Of a DNA stretch of 64,000 nt, positions 48,392 to 58,663 are shown piece by piece (the stretch's first letter is position 1; each line of letters begins with the position of its first letter). The notes beneath the pieces were generated by a model. It searched no databases. It was not told the origin of the DNA and saw only the letters and a program-made list of their open reading frames with translations. Source of the DNA: Escherichia phage vB_EcoM_MM02; sequence record MK373784.1. The stretch is one strand, 5' to 3'. The translations under genes were made by a program, and so were the position numbers.

Positions 48392-48817
48392 TTAACTTAA
48401 ACGTCTTTCTAAATATTCAATGTATTCTGCGGCTGCTTGCATCAGGTTACCTTCATAGCCGTCGTTATTTTCTTGTCCGGCTAATTTAGCTAATGCATAA
48501 GAAATTCGTTCACCTTCGAATTCACCAAGTTTACTACCTAGCACATCCGCAATATCAGCCGAATCAATTTCTTCGAGTTCATCTATTGAATGGGATTCCC
48601 AGAAGCACCAAAGAGAAGTATCACGGTCATAGATGCAAAGTTTCTCACCTGTGTTCAACATCACTTCAATAATGCCATGGTCGCCATAACCATCTTCGGT
48701 AGTAGTACCAATTACCTTGATGATCGTATCTTTCTTTAATTCAGGAAACTTGACTTGTAGTTCTTCATCTTCTTTAACAATCTTGAACCATTTACCGCGA
48801 GTTTCAGAAATATTCAT
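48392..48817 (-). CDS. hypothetical acidic protein
   Basis: 141-aa ORF. Confidence 0.4.
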   Translation of the reverse strand: MNISETRGKWFKIVKEDEELQVKFPELKKDTIIKVIGTTTEDGYGDHGIIEVMLNTGEKLCIYDRDTSLWCFWESHSIDELEEIDSADIADVLGSKLGEFEGERISYALAKLAGQENNDGYEGNLMQAAAEYIEYLERRLS

Positions 48818-49117
48818 ATCAATATTCTCTATAAAAGTTACGATGAGAACGTTTAGCTTTGCGAAGCTGGCGTTTAGTAGGACGAACCGTAAATGGTCGT
48901 CCGGAGAAAAAATTTGGTTCAGTTTTAATCAACACATACCAATCGTGTTCGCCACTTTTTAATAAACGGTATAACAATTTAACTTGCATAATAATCTCTT
49001 CCCATTTCCAAATCAATCATATCGTTTACTGTAGGTTCATCATAACACGTTTCTTCGTCGTTGTAAACTGTTTCGACGTCTGGCTCGACAGTTTCCCATC
49101 GAGCGACATACCATGGC

Positions 49118-49426
49118 TTAACGGTCACACCAATAGCTCGATACTTCAAAATCGGGTTCATCATCATTCCAGGACCAGGGACCAATAGGAATCCATTTAC
49201 CGTCATCAGTGACGTTATATTCTTCAGGTTCTAGTCCAACGTATTGCCATTGGACTTCATAAGCAGTGCCACCAATTACGACGGTGTTTTCACCCCAGTG
49301 GTTAGCAACGGCAAAGTCAATACCTTCTTCCTTTGCCAGTGAAACCATGTATTCATAGAGTTTATATTCCAGGTCGTCTTCATTACCGTCACCCAGATAA
49401 ATTGTTTGTCCACTTAATTCTATCAT
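49118..49426 (-). CDS. hypothetical protein
   Basis: 102-aa ORF. Confidence 0.3.
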   Translation of the reverse strand: MIELSGQTIYLGDGNEDDLEYKLYEYMVSLAKEEGIDFAVANHWGENTVVIGGTAYEVQWQYVGLEPEEYNVTDDGKWIPIGPWSWNDDEPDFEVSSYWCDR

Positions 49427-49612
49427 AATTCCGCCATAAATTCGTCAATCATTTAAAGTTCCAGAATGAAGCACCGACCAGAAATAAAGGCCAACAAATC
49501 ATAGACGTCAGCCACCAACAAAAATCACCTGCACCGAAATCATCTAATTTAGCTAGGGTCTTAGCATAGCCAATACCAATGATAAGATACAAAACACCTA
49601 ACATTAATTCAA

Positions 49613-49876
49613 TCATTTGAAATATTCTCGCAACTCATTAAAACCGCCAATATGACTTCCGTCAGGAGCAAACACTTGAGGCATAGTCAATCCGACTTGT
49701 GATTCACGTCCAAGCTTAACCAGAAGCTCAGCAATTTTCTCATCATCAAAAACACCTTTTTCTGGCATAACGTTAATGAATTCGAATGGCTGTTTCTTAA
49801 TAGTCAGCAATCGTTTCGCATTATCACAATAAATGCATTTATGAATAGTAGAGTCATACCCGTACACTTTAAACAT
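49613..49876 (-). CDS. nrdC: glutaredoxin/thioredoxin NrdC
   Basis: Trimmed to ATG with RBS (87 aa); MFKVYGYDSTIHKCIYCDNAKRLL... with CIYC active site matches my memory of T4 NrdC. Confidence 0.85.
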   Translation of the reverse strand: MFKVYGYDSTIHKCIYCDNAKRLLTIKKQPFEFINVMPEKGVFDDEKIAELLVKLGRESQVGLTMPQVFAPDGSHIGGFNELREYFK

Positions 49877-50282
49877 TATTTTTCCTTTCATCGATTAAAT
49901 ATGCAACGCCAAATACAATACATGTAATAAAACCTGTGATACAGATAGAAACCAACAACACCGTACCAAAGAACCAAATCAAGTTATCTTTAGTAGTTTG
50001 TTTGATATCCATCTCACGAATTTCTATAGCTATAGTATCACCTTTATTCAGAAGCGTATAAAACGACGGTGATACATGCCTGTCAAAAACTCGTCCTTGC
50101 TCATCTTTATAGACGGCAATAAATTCTAATTTAGAATATTTTCCTGTAGATTGACCTGAAATTAATTCCACTACCTCCACAGGAATTACTTTAGTTTCCA
50201 TGTAAGTATTTTGGCTGTTCCAAATGAATGGAATAATAGCAAAAACTAAAGCTGCGATAAAACAACGAAGGCTATATCTCAT
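49869..50282 (-). CDS. membrane protein
   Basis: 137 aa; N- and C-terminal hydrophobic helices. Confidence 0.35.
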   Translation of the reverse strand: MRYSLRCFIAALVFAIIPFIWNSQNTYMETKVIPVEVVELISGQSTGKYSKLEFIAVYKDEQGRVFDRHVSPSFYTLLNKGDTIAIEIREMDIKQTTKDNLIWFFGTVLLVSICITGFITCIVFGVAYLIDERKNNV

Positions 50283-50587
50283 TATAATGTTCTCTCAAAT
50301 TTGTGGAAGCATTTACGGCATTTCAATTTCAAGTTATCACTGGTCCAGTTAACCAGTTGGACTTGGATAGTTCCACATTCCGGGCATGGATGTTTTGCTG
50401 CCGATTTGGCAGCATTTTCACGTCGTTCAACCATTTTCATTATTTCGTTCCATGCTGGAGGAACGAACTCTTCTTCACCATGAATTTTATCTCGCTGGAC
50501 AAATTCAATCTTTGAACTATCATCAATAAACTTAACTAAGCCATGATTAGTGCTCATATCAATATCCTCTAGAAGACGTAGGTTCAT
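50282..50587 (-). CDS. zinc-ribbon protein
   Basis: 101 aa; CPECG...CRKC. Confidence 0.35.
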   Translation of the reverse strand: MNLRLLEDIDMSTNHGLVKFIDDSSKIEFVQRDKIHGEEEFVPPAWNEIMKMVERRENAAKSAAKHPCPECGTIQVQLVNWTSDNLKLKCRKCFHKFERTL

Positions 50588-51537
50588 TATAACACCTCAA
50601 TGGCATTTCGTAAACCATCCGCTTTCGCGTTCAGAGCTTTTAACGATTTAGTTTGTTCTGCAATCTGGGCTTCGACTTCTTTCAGACGAGATTTGAGATA
50701 TTCGCGTTCTTCTCTTAAGTTATCAACTTTTTCTGCTTTAGGCTCTTTAATAGGCTTAGGCTTATACTCGTTAGGGTTCTTCAACTTAATTTGAATGCGA
50801 GAACTGTATAACATTGAACCATTATCTTCGGTTTCATCATACATTTCTACCACGTCCATGATTCTTAACATCATGCGAAGTTTATAAGACAGCGAACGAA
50901 TGGTTTTATTGTGCTTCTTAATTTCTTCAGCTTTCATGGTGCCGAGATTACGTGAGTAATAATAAGGAACCTGAATATCAATTGATAATGATGCGGTACC
51001 ATTACCGGTTGGTTTGAACACTGCAGTAACCCAATCTTTAGCATGAACTGTATTTGTACGATCATCGCCGCCTGTGAATAATTTACGAGAATGTTTAAAA
51101 AGCATATTCACTTGGTTATTGAATTCACAAGCAAATTTATCAGCAAATTTAGTTTCAGGAATGGTAGTTAACCAATCAGCCAAATGAGTCTTTTTAACAT
51201 CATTAACAATAGTGAATTCAACCAAATCGGTTTTAGATGTCACAGATTTAATAAAGCTCGGCTTCATAAAGTTTTTAATGTTATCGCGAGCTACAGTAGA
51301 AGATAATAAACGAGAACGTTTGAACCATTGAAGCAGTGTCCCTAATGAATGAGAATATGCATTTTGAGTATCTTTACAGATATGATTTTCTTGGCCTATG
51401 TATGTACCAAAATCGCGAAGAATACCACTTACTACATCTCGGTGTGGAACATCAAATCCTAGTACACCAGAAGCACGTTGGGCATGAACGTTAGCGATAA
51501 GACCTGCAAAGTATTCAATGTAATGTGAACGTGTCAT
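50587..51537 (-). CDS. hypothetical protein with C-terminal coiled coil
   Basis: 316 aa; preceded by repeated promoter element. Confidence 0.4.
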   Translation of the reverse strand: MTRSHYIEYFAGLIANVHAQRASGVLGFDVPHRDVVSGILRDFGTYIGQENHICKDTQNAYSHSLGTLLQWFKRSRLLSSTVARDNIKNFMKPSFIKSVTSKTDLVEFTIVNDVKKTHLADWLTTIPETKFADKFACEFNNQVNMLFKHSRKLFTGGDDRTNTVHAKDWVTAVFKPTGNGTASLSIDIQVPYYYSRNLGTMKAEEIKKHNKTIRSLSYKLRMMLRIMDVVEMYDETEDNGSMLYSSRIQIKLKNPNEYKPKPIKEPKAEKVDNLREEREYLKSRLKEVEAQIAEQTKSLKALNAKADGLRNAIEVL

Positions 51538-51565
51538 AATATTTTCCTCTCGTTAAGATAAATTC

Positions 51566-51595
51566 ATTATACTCCAACCATCCTTGGTTGTAAAC
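51566..51595 (-). promoter_or_regulatory. early-promoter cassette, repeat copy
   Basis: Identical 30-mer attatactccaaccatccttggttgtaaac. Confidence 0.5.
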
Positions 51596-51599
51596 TGAT

Positions 51600-52559
51600 T
51601 TATGATTTTAACGCATTCATTGCGTTAAAAAGTTTAGAGTACTGCAACTGGAGCTTGGTAACTACTTGTTGAGCATCACGAAGCTTAGCTTGTGCTTTGT
51701 CAAGTTCAACAGACAGTTGGTCCATAGTGGCCTTGATTTGATTATAATGGTAATCTTCGACCGGAAGAAGGTCATTAGAAACATTTAGTTTTACTGCAGA
51801 CAGTTTGCACACATTTGGCAAACCTTTAAACATTGATTTACCCGAAGTAGAATAAGCACTTAGGACTTCGGCCTGTTCAATTGGGGTTGCAGTAATTGAC
51901 GCTTCGAACGTTGCATTTTCCTTTTTAAGATTTTGATAGTATTCAGAGTCTTTGTGCCACCATGGCGCAGGAACCTTTTTACCAATAGATACACGAGCCT
52001 GGATAGCGATATGGCCCTTATTCTTGATAGTGTTGATAATATTAAGCTCACGAGAATAAATTGCTTTAATCTGGTGGATATTATCACCTAAAACTTCCAA
52101 CGCTTGGTGGAATACACGAGCAACGTTATCATTCTTAGGTTTATACGTAAGAGTGAACTCGTTCTCACTGATAACCATGATTTCTAACTTATCGTAAGTA
52201 TATTTCAAATGTTTCATGTTAATTGCTTGAGGACGAATACGAGAAGCAATGGCCATCAGATTGTTAAGGTTATTCCGGAACTGCTTAGCGAAATATTGTC
52301 CTTCACCGCCAATACAAAAATTACGAAGTTTCTGTTTGGCCAATAAACGGCTGAACTCGCCATTTTTAATGAACTCTTTAACGGGTGTGTTAGTAACGCA
52401 TTCAAATTGAGTAAACTTACGAGAAGTAATACCATAATATGAACAGACTTCCTCAATCTCTTCAGGAGTCTTTACAGGCATACGGATAGGATTAGGTCCT
52501 GGAGTATATGCGTTCGAGGTAAATTCTTTGATAAGTTCTCTACGTGTAATAAAAGCCAT
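51600..52559 (-). CDS. hypothetical protein with C-terminal coiled coil
   Basis: 319 aa; preceded by repeated promoter element. Confidence 0.4.
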   Translation of the reverse strand: MAFITRRELIKEFTSNAYTPGPNPIRMPVKTPEEIEEVCSYYGITSRKFTQFECVTNTPVKEFIKNGEFSRLLAKQKLRNFCIGGEGQYFAKQFRNNLNNLMAIASRIRPQAINMKHLKYTYDKLEIMVISENEFTLTYKPKNDNVARVFHQALEVLGDNIHQIKAIYSRELNIINTIKNKGHIAIQARVSIGKKVPAPWWHKDSEYYQNLKKENATFEASITATPIEQAEVLSAYSTSGKSMFKGLPNVCKLSAVKLNVSNDLLPVEDYHYNQIKATMDQLSVELDKAQAKLRDAQQVVTKLQLQYSKLFNAMNALKS

Positions 52560-52585
52560 TTTATATTCCTCATGTTGAAAAATTT

Positions 52586-52615
52586 ATTATACTCCAACCA
52601 TCCTTGGTTGTACAT
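52586..52615 (-). promoter_or_regulatory. early-promoter cassette, repeat copy (-35 variant GTACAA)
   Basis: attatactccaaccatccttggttgtacat. Confidence 0.45.
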
Positions 52616-53610
52616 CATTCCTTAAGAAGTTTTACTACTTGAATAAGATTAGCTCGTTCTGTTTTATTTTTACCGTTTAAGCCTGCTAATCGTGAGATTT
52701 CATCGTCAGTCTGTTGAATAGTTACATTAAGTTCGTTAATCAAAGCTTCAAAGTATTTGATTTGCTCGGCATGTTTTGATTCAAATTTCTGAACAGGAAT
52801 AACGTCTTGGTTCAGTTCATCAATAAGGTCTTTAAGAGCATCTTCTTGGTTGATATCATATTCAACTTCTTTTATTTCTTCAACGAGCTCGTCTTTATAT
52901 CTAACGTCTTTTAGTCCTGGTGCTGGTCCTGAAATCTCTTCTTTAAGAGTACAAACATATCCAATACGGTATCCAATGCCGTCTCGCTTGATATCAACTT
53001 CGTCGATAAATCCACAATGTTTAAGTCCAGAGCCGATTATGTCAAAATATCCTTGACGTCGTCCTTCAAACGTTACACGAACTACTAAGACAGTTTTGCC
53101 ACCGACCTTTTGAAGCTCACATTTATAAAAGTTTGTTGAACCTGAATAACATGGATGAGTTTTAAAGTTCATCTGACGATCTAGGCCCATTTGTAAACGT
53201 GCTGTTACGGCCATAAAACGTGTTTGGTTCTCGTTAAGATGAGCAACAATCCATTTCAAAGGCATTTTACCCTGTTCACGGCCGAACAAATCAGTACGTC
53301 CTAGATTACGCAGGATGTTGTTAGAGTTAATCATCGACAGAACGTTAAGTTTATTCAGCGCGCTGAAGATTCCATCAGCCATTGATTTTCCATAACCTTT
53401 ACACGCTTTAATAAGTGCTCGCGGCAGATTAGTATAGATTTCAGACGGCATATGAAAATCAAATTTACTAGTCAGTAATTGATGAACTTGGATAGCAATT
53501 TGCTCATAATTAAGTGCTCTGCGATCGTTATGGTCTTTAAACCATACTTTAATCTGTGAAGCACATAAACCGTTAATTTCATGTTTTACCGCATCAGATG
53601 TAATGCTCAT
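52615..53610 (-). CDS. hypothetical protein with C-terminal coiled coil
   Basis: 331-aa ORF. Confidence 0.4.
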   Translation of the reverse strand: MSITSDAVKHEINGLCASQIKVWFKDHNDRRALNYEQIAIQVHQLLTSKFDFHMPSEIYTNLPRALIKACKGYGKSMADGIFSALNKLNVLSMINSNNILRNLGRTDLFGREQGKMPLKWIVAHLNENQTRFMAVTARLQMGLDRQMNFKTHPCYSGSTNFYKCELQKVGGKTVLVVRVTFEGRRQGYFDIIGSGLKHCGFIDEVDIKRDGIGYRIGYVCTLKEEISGPAPGLKDVRYKDELVEEIKEVEYDINQEDALKDLIDELNQDVIPVQKFESKHAEQIKYFEALINELNVTIQQTDDEISRLAGLNGKNKTERANLIQVVKLLKE

Positions 53611-53672
53611 AACTATTTCCTCAGATTGAATTGGAACTCAAAACCATTATAACCCGTCCTTGGGTAAAGCGT

Positions 53673-54200
53673 TTATGCGTGAACCGTCTTTAAACGTTCT
53701 TCAAATTTCCGAAGAGTACTAATACGTTCTGCTTTCTGTTTTGTATAGTTTGCAATACGTTCTGAAGTGAGAGCGTATCGTTCGTTTACTGATTCTTTCA
53801 TGAAGTCAGGGATTTCACGAGAAGCTTTAATTTCATCAAACTTATCGAGTACTGCCTGGTCTTCAGCGATTAAATTTTCGTACATCTCGATATCTTTCTT
53901 GATAAACTCGATATCTTCCTGGGTTACTTTGGATAAACGAGATGCTTTATCCTTTTTGTACTGCTCGTTAGTTTCACGAGACCAGAATAATGTACGTTTT
54001 TTGTTAGTGTTTTTGTAGACTTCCACAATTCCAACTGAATCGATGATAACAATCCAATTCCAGCGAGATTTGAAAATCTGGCCTCCGTCCACGGTAATCT
54101 CGTTACCATAAGCAATGTCATTAAAGAACTTACTTTGTGCTTCAGATTTAAATTTACCGTCGTTATAATTTACCAGGTTGAAAATATCTTTAGCGTTCAT
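53673..54200 (-). CDS. hypothetical protein
   Basis: 175 aa; GGAGGT RBS; promoter cassette upstream. Confidence 0.4.
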   Translation of the reverse strand: MNAKDIFNLVNYNDGKFKSEAQSKFFNDIAYGNEITVDGGQIFKSRWNWIVIIDSVGIVEVYKNTNKKRTLFWSRETNEQYKKDKASRLSKVTQEDIEFIKKDIEMYENLIAEDQAVLDKFDEIKASREIPDFMKESVNERYALTSERIANYTKQKAERISTLRKFEERLKTVHA

Positions 54201-54227
54201 GTTTTACCTCCAGTAGTTGATAGGTCT

Positions 54228-54256
54228 ATAATAACATAACCATAGACCTTGTAAAC
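54228..54256 (-). promoter_or_regulatory. sigma70-like early promoter (GTTTAC, 17 bp, TATTAT)
   Basis: gataggtctataataacataaccatagaccttgtaaac; 8-bp inverted repeat aggtctat/atagacct around the -10. Confidence 0.45.
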
Positions 54257-54258
54257 AA

Positions 54259-54546
54259 CTAAAAGAAACTTTTTTCGGTATTTTTTCCACTGAACCAAAC
54301 AGACTTCGGGATTTTTTGTAATTTTTCAGATTTAAGTTTCTCTTCCTGTTCTTTCTTATATACACCCTTGTCGTACTGGAGCATCTCTATGGCATTCTTT
54401 TGCAAACGATCTAAGGTAATTAAGGCTTTAGTTTTTCCTTTCAAGGAAGAGTCCTGGCGAACCTCCTCGCTATATTGCATAGTAGAACTAACCATACGAT
54501 GAGCATAGAGTTCGACTGCGGCTTTAATTTTTTGCATAAAATCCAT
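54259..54546 (-). CDS. hypothetical protein
   Basis: 95-aa ORF. Confidence 0.3.
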   Translation of the reverse strand: MDFMQKIKAAVELYAHRMVSSTMQYSEEVRQDSSLKGKTKALITLDRLQKNAIEMLQYDKGVYKKEQEEKLKSEKLQKIPKSVWFSGKNTEKSFF

Positions 54547-54683
54547 AACATATCCTCTTTGATTTGTACATCATTATTTTAAATATTTCTATGCCCTCAG
54601 TAGGTTCCTGGTGTCCTTCTTTGAGGTAAGCCATATGATTATTCATCTTTATGGCTTTTGTTACCTCAGAACTTCCTATAAGC

Positions 54684-55664
54684 TTATTTCAGTAAAGTAA
54701 CTTCCGAGATTTCCTCCCAACCATCTTTATCAGTTGAAATAAAATCTGCTACATAAAGAGCCGTACGTAATGATACATTGCGAAGACGAGATACGTTAGC
54801 CTTCATCCAGGACAATGCTTTATACGTTTCTGCATCAGTCAGACCACGTTTCTGCATCATGTCAGTAGATAATATTACATCTTCAACTCGAACCATAATC
54901 TCTTCATTAGAGTGTACTCCAAGGTCGAGATACACTGAACGAGATACTAAAGCTTGAAGGTGTGGAGCAAGTTTCGAACCCCGTTCTAACTCTTTATCGA
55001 TATCAACGTTTGTAATGAAAACGATAGTACCTTCAAACTCAAATTCTTTATCAATACCCTTATCCTCGAGATAAGATGACGCAGTGCTCCAACAAACTTT
55101 GCGTTTATCTCCGGTGTCTAATGCTGCTTTAAGAAGATTCAAGATGTCCATATCTGAGAATACGTCAACGTCGTCGATTAAGAGAACGCTGTCTGCATCA
55201 CGGTTGAGCCAAAGTTGTTCGTAAAGGCCAATACCAGAGATTTTACCATTAATGCTTTTGTATTTGATGAAACCGTTATCATTAGCATTATTAAGTGCTT
55301 TATCCAGAGAATACGTCTTACCAATACCGGCTGCACCTGAAATAATGAGTGAACGAATTTTGCCATCGATAATGCCATTCGTCATCATGTTCATTACTTT
55401 AAAGCGTTTGTTGATACGAGTTTTCATATCTTCAGTGCTTTCAACAACTGCAACTGGTGATGTCTCAACTCCTTCCATTACGATGTCTGATTTGAAGACC
55501 CATACTCCACGTTCAGAACCATCAATCATAACGAAAATTTTACCATCACCTAAGTGGGAACATTCAGGATTAAGCTTTGCCGGGAACCAGGTCTTTGTGG
55601 CAACATAAGAACCAGAGATTTCGTTATTACGATAGATACCTTTTTTGATTTGAATGTTGAACAT
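54684..55664 (-). CDS. P-loop (AAA-like) ATPase of unknown function
   Basis: Walker A ISGAAGIGKT, Walker B VLLIDDVD; start trimmed to ATG with GGAG RBS (track start lies within the promoter leader). Confidence 0.5.
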   Translation of the reverse strand: MFNIQIKKGIYRNNEISGSYVATKTWFPAKLNPECSHLGDGKIFVMIDGSERGVWVFKSDIVMEGVETSPVAVVESTEDMKTRINKRFKVMNMMTNGIIDGKIRSLIISGAAGIGKTYSLDKALNNANDNGFIKYKSINGKISGIGLYEQLWLNRDADSVLLIDDVDVFSDMDILNLLKAALDTGDKRKVCWSTASSYLEDKGIDKEFEFEGTIVFITNVDIDKELERGSKLAPHLQALVSRSVYLDLGVHSNEEIMVRVEDVILSTDMMQKRGLTDAETYKALSWMKANVSRLRNVSLRTALYVADFISTDKDGWEEISEVTLLK

Positions 55665-55782
55665 TTTATTCTCCAATTTACTCATTTCGTTTCGATAGGT
55701 CTATAGTATCATATCCTAAAAGCATGTACACTACTTTTTAAAAATATTTTAACCCCCTAAAGGGACCCGAAGGTCCCCACAT

Positions 55783-56049
55783 TTACTTATCGCACTTAGC
55801 AACATAATTAGGCATATCACAGAATACGGAGCGAGTAACTACTCGTCCCTTTGACCATGCTTCAGTTGCTTGTCCGGCCGTGCTATTAATATAGCTTGAT
55901 TTGATATTCTCAATACCCTGAGAATGTGATGCATTTACCGAACCGTTGGAAGGCCCAGAAGACTGGTTACCACCAGCTCCTGTACCTGTGGTAGCACCAA
56001 CAGAGAATGCCATCATTACTGCGAATAAACCAATTACTAATTTTTTCAT
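55783..56049 (-). CDS. small secreted Gly/Ser-rich protein
   Basis: 88 aa; signal peptide MKKLVIGLFAVMMAFSVGA. Confidence 0.4.
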   Translation of the reverse strand: MKKLVIGLFAVMMAFSVGATTGTGAGGNQSSGPSNGSVNASHSQGIENIKSSYINSTAGQATEAWSKGRVVTRSVFCDMPNYVAKCDK

Positions 56050-56080
56050 ATTTACCTCAAGTTAAGAGTTATTTATCTAC

Positions 56081-57067
56081 TTATTTATAGTAAGAATTAT
56101 GATTTTCGAGATAGACTTGCTCAAGGAAATCATCCCAGAAACTCATATCTACTTTTTGTTGCATACCGTTCTTAGCGGCTTGTTCTGATGCTTGTTCTAC
56201 CTGGTCAACAATGTCTTCCAGGAATTCTTGTACAGTTTTAAACGTATGTTTACCAAGCTTAACATCGAGAATAAATGGAGCATCCTGAAGTGGGTAAACC
56301 AGGTCGCCGGTTTTGTAAATTTCCAATAATTGAAGTCCACCACGACATGCATGACTCAATGCTTTCCAGTCAATACCTTCGTTAGCTTCTGCCTTACGAG
56401 CACGTTCACCATAGTTCTCTTCCAGTTTAACCAGGATGGCATTGAACTCTTTATTGGTTAACGTATCTTGGAATTTACGGTCTAACAGATTATAGAATGT
56501 TTGCTTACCTGTTTTCTCGTTTTCGGTTTCAACCCACGAAGCAAATTCACCTACAGGCAGAACATTCTTCATATGTGATAAACGAATTACTGCACCATTA
56601 TCAAAGTATTGTCCCCATTCATTAGAACGTTTAAGGGCTTGACGAAGAACAGCCAGTCGAGAACCCTTGACGCCGTATTTAGAAGCTTGCTTACGGACAT
56701 ACCCTAAATAAGATTTCATGTTAGTGGTATAGAAACGAGACCTGTTATCTTGAATATATTTCCATACATCAGGCAAATCAGATTTAACTACTAGACTTTG
56801 TGGAGTGTGAAGCATATCTAATGCGACGGTTTCACCATCCGCAGCTAGTTTAAAGAAATATTTGAGACTATACAACTCATGGTCCACGTCGTCTTTTGTG
56901 TTCTTAGAAGATGTGTTATTCGTGTTCTTGCTCATGTGTTCTTTAACGTTACCAGTCAAGATATCACGAGCATGAGGGACATAAATTTCTTTAAAATCGA
57001 CGTCAGATTCGGGAGTAGACGTTCCGTAAAGGTGGCTACCAAAGTAAGCCTTAACAATCGTTTTCAT
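56081..57067 (-). CDS. nucleotidyltransferase, pol-beta superfamily
   Basis: 328 aa; N-terminal GS-x(9)-DVD motif (YFGSHLYGTSTPESDVDF). Confidence 0.5.
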   Translation of the reverse strand: MKTIVKAYFGSHLYGTSTPESDVDFKEIYVPHARDILTGNVKEHMSKNTNNTSSKNTKDDVDHELYSLKYFFKLAADGETVALDMLHTPQSLVVKSDLPDVWKYIQDNRSRFYTTNMKSYLGYVRKQASKYGVKGSRLAVLRQALKRSNEWGQYFDNGAVIRLSHMKNVLPVGEFASWVETENEKTGKQTFYNLLDRKFQDTLTNKEFNAILVKLEENYGERARKAEANEGIDWKALSHACRGGLQLLEIYKTGDLVYPLQDAPFILDVKLGKHTFKTVQEFLEDIVDQVEQASEQAAKNGMQQKVDMSFWDDFLEQVYLENHNSYYK

Positions 57068-57540
57068 TATTTAGCCTTATATTCAAGAGTAGGACAGACT
57101 TTTTCTTTACGAGCTTTAAGGTATTCACCTATTAATGATTTCTTACGTTCAATAGGCTCAAGTCCATTTTTAATTCGTTCTTGGTTTTGTGCAATGAGCT
57201 CAATTTCTTTATAATATTTTCTGTCGGTATATTTGTCTAACAACCAAGACGGACCAATTACCAACCCGGTAGCAATAAAAGCCATGACTGCTACCATTAA
57301 AATGCCTACACCAATTGAGGCTGGAACTAATGTCCATAGACTGCTAAAAACAAAGAATTTAGTTAAAATTTCCTGGCCAATGATTGTGACTGCTGCTAAA
57401 ATCGCAAATCCAATAATTGAAACAGCCAATACAGGGATTAACGTTTTCCAAAAATAAGCACACAACGTTTTCGGACGATTCCATGTACTATTGAACGCGG
57501 CATAAATTTTAAAGTGCCAAGAGTTTTCATTGATAATCAT
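57067..57540 (-). CDS. integral membrane protein
   Basis: 157 aa; 3-4 predicted TM helices. Confidence 0.4.
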   Translation of the reverse strand: MIINENSWHFKIYAAFNSTWNRPKTLCAYFWKTLIPVLAVSIIGFAILAAVTIIGQEILTKFFVFSSLWTLVPASIGVGILMVAVMAFIATGLVIGPSWLLDKYTDRKYYKEIELIAQNQERIKNGLEPIERKKSLIGEYLKARKEKVCPTLEYKAK

Positions 57541-57550
57541 AATAATTTCC

Positions 57551-58096
57551 TTATTTCAAGGTTGGGATAATAGAATCAAGATAAGCTTTAAGAGCAACTG
57601 CTTCATCTTTGTCTAATGTAATGATATGTTGACGAAGGTCATCAATTTGGCGAATAACTACGACATCACCATCTTCATAAGAAGGATTAACGCCTAGGAC
57701 TGTTGTATAGTCAGGGCGGTCCTGATTTGTAATAAAAGCATTACGGCATTTAGCCCATTGAAGTTTGGCCTTTTTGGCTGTTTCAGATTCCATTAATTCT
57801 TTCACCTTAGTGACGAATGTTTTCCAATTATTAATAGAAAAACATTCGTCTTCAGTTTCGATATTGGCCGCGTTGTAAAGACCAGGATAAAAACGAACTT
57901 GGAGGTCTTCACCAATGTTAATTACCTCTCGACGACGTCCAGACGGATTGAGTTTCAAAATCTTATCCAGTTCCATAGGAAGAATAGTAGCAGCATCATC
58001 TTCTTGTGTCAGAACATACACATAACCACGTTTTTCGATACATAAATCACCGAACAACTCGGTTGTTTCAATTACAGTTTTCATATTATTCACCAA
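57551..58096 (-). CDS. hypothetical protein
   Basis: 181-aa ORF. Confidence 0.4.
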   Translation of the reverse strand: MVNNMKTVIETTELFGDLCIEKRGYVYVLTQEDDAATILPMELDKILKLNPSGRRREVINIGEDLQVRFYPGLYNAANIETEDECFSINNWKTFVTKVKELMESETAKKAKLQWAKCRNAFITNQDRPDYTTVLGVNPSYEDGDVVVIRQIDDLRQHIITLDKDEAVALKAYLDSIIPTLK

Positions 58097-58429
58097 TTAA
58101 AGTTTCAACAAAATTCACCAAAGCATTCTGGCAAGCGTCAACCTGATTTTCATAAAAATCTCCGTTATCATTTACCGCATGATAAGCTACGTCATTCAAA
58201 TCTGAATCAGCTTCACGTAAGTCACGGATAAGGTCCATCAATTTATTAGCTTGTTCACGGGTCATTTTACCATACTCGTTTCAATAAGATTCACTATGCC
58301 GTTTACCATGTTATAGGTAAACATCGGATAATTGTATTGTACTACAACATAAGCGATAAGCAAAAGTTTCATTTTGTTCTCCGTTTGTTTTGATAGGACT
58401 ACTATAACATAGTCCTACCAAGATGTAAA

Positions 58430-58663
58430 CTACCGATTGTGTTTTAAATGTTGATAAAGTTCTTCAACTTGTTTTGGGTCCAAAACAATTAGGTCATTTT
58501 CTTGGCGAAGATAAATCCATCCATTATCCCCAGGACCATTTTTACAAAACATCACCACCATATCATCATCTTCAGCGCTTTCAGGTAAAAGTTCAAGTAC
58601 ACCGTCTTCAGATTTTCCAGTATAATCGTAAAGCATAATATCCTCACATAATCTCGTTAACAT
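58430..58663 (-). CDS. hypothetical protein
   Basis: 77-aa ORF. Confidence 0.3.
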   Translation of the reverse strand: MLTRLCEDIMLYDYTGKSEDGVLELLPESAEDDDMVVMFCKNGPGDNGWIYLRQENDLIVLDPKQVEELYQHLKHNR

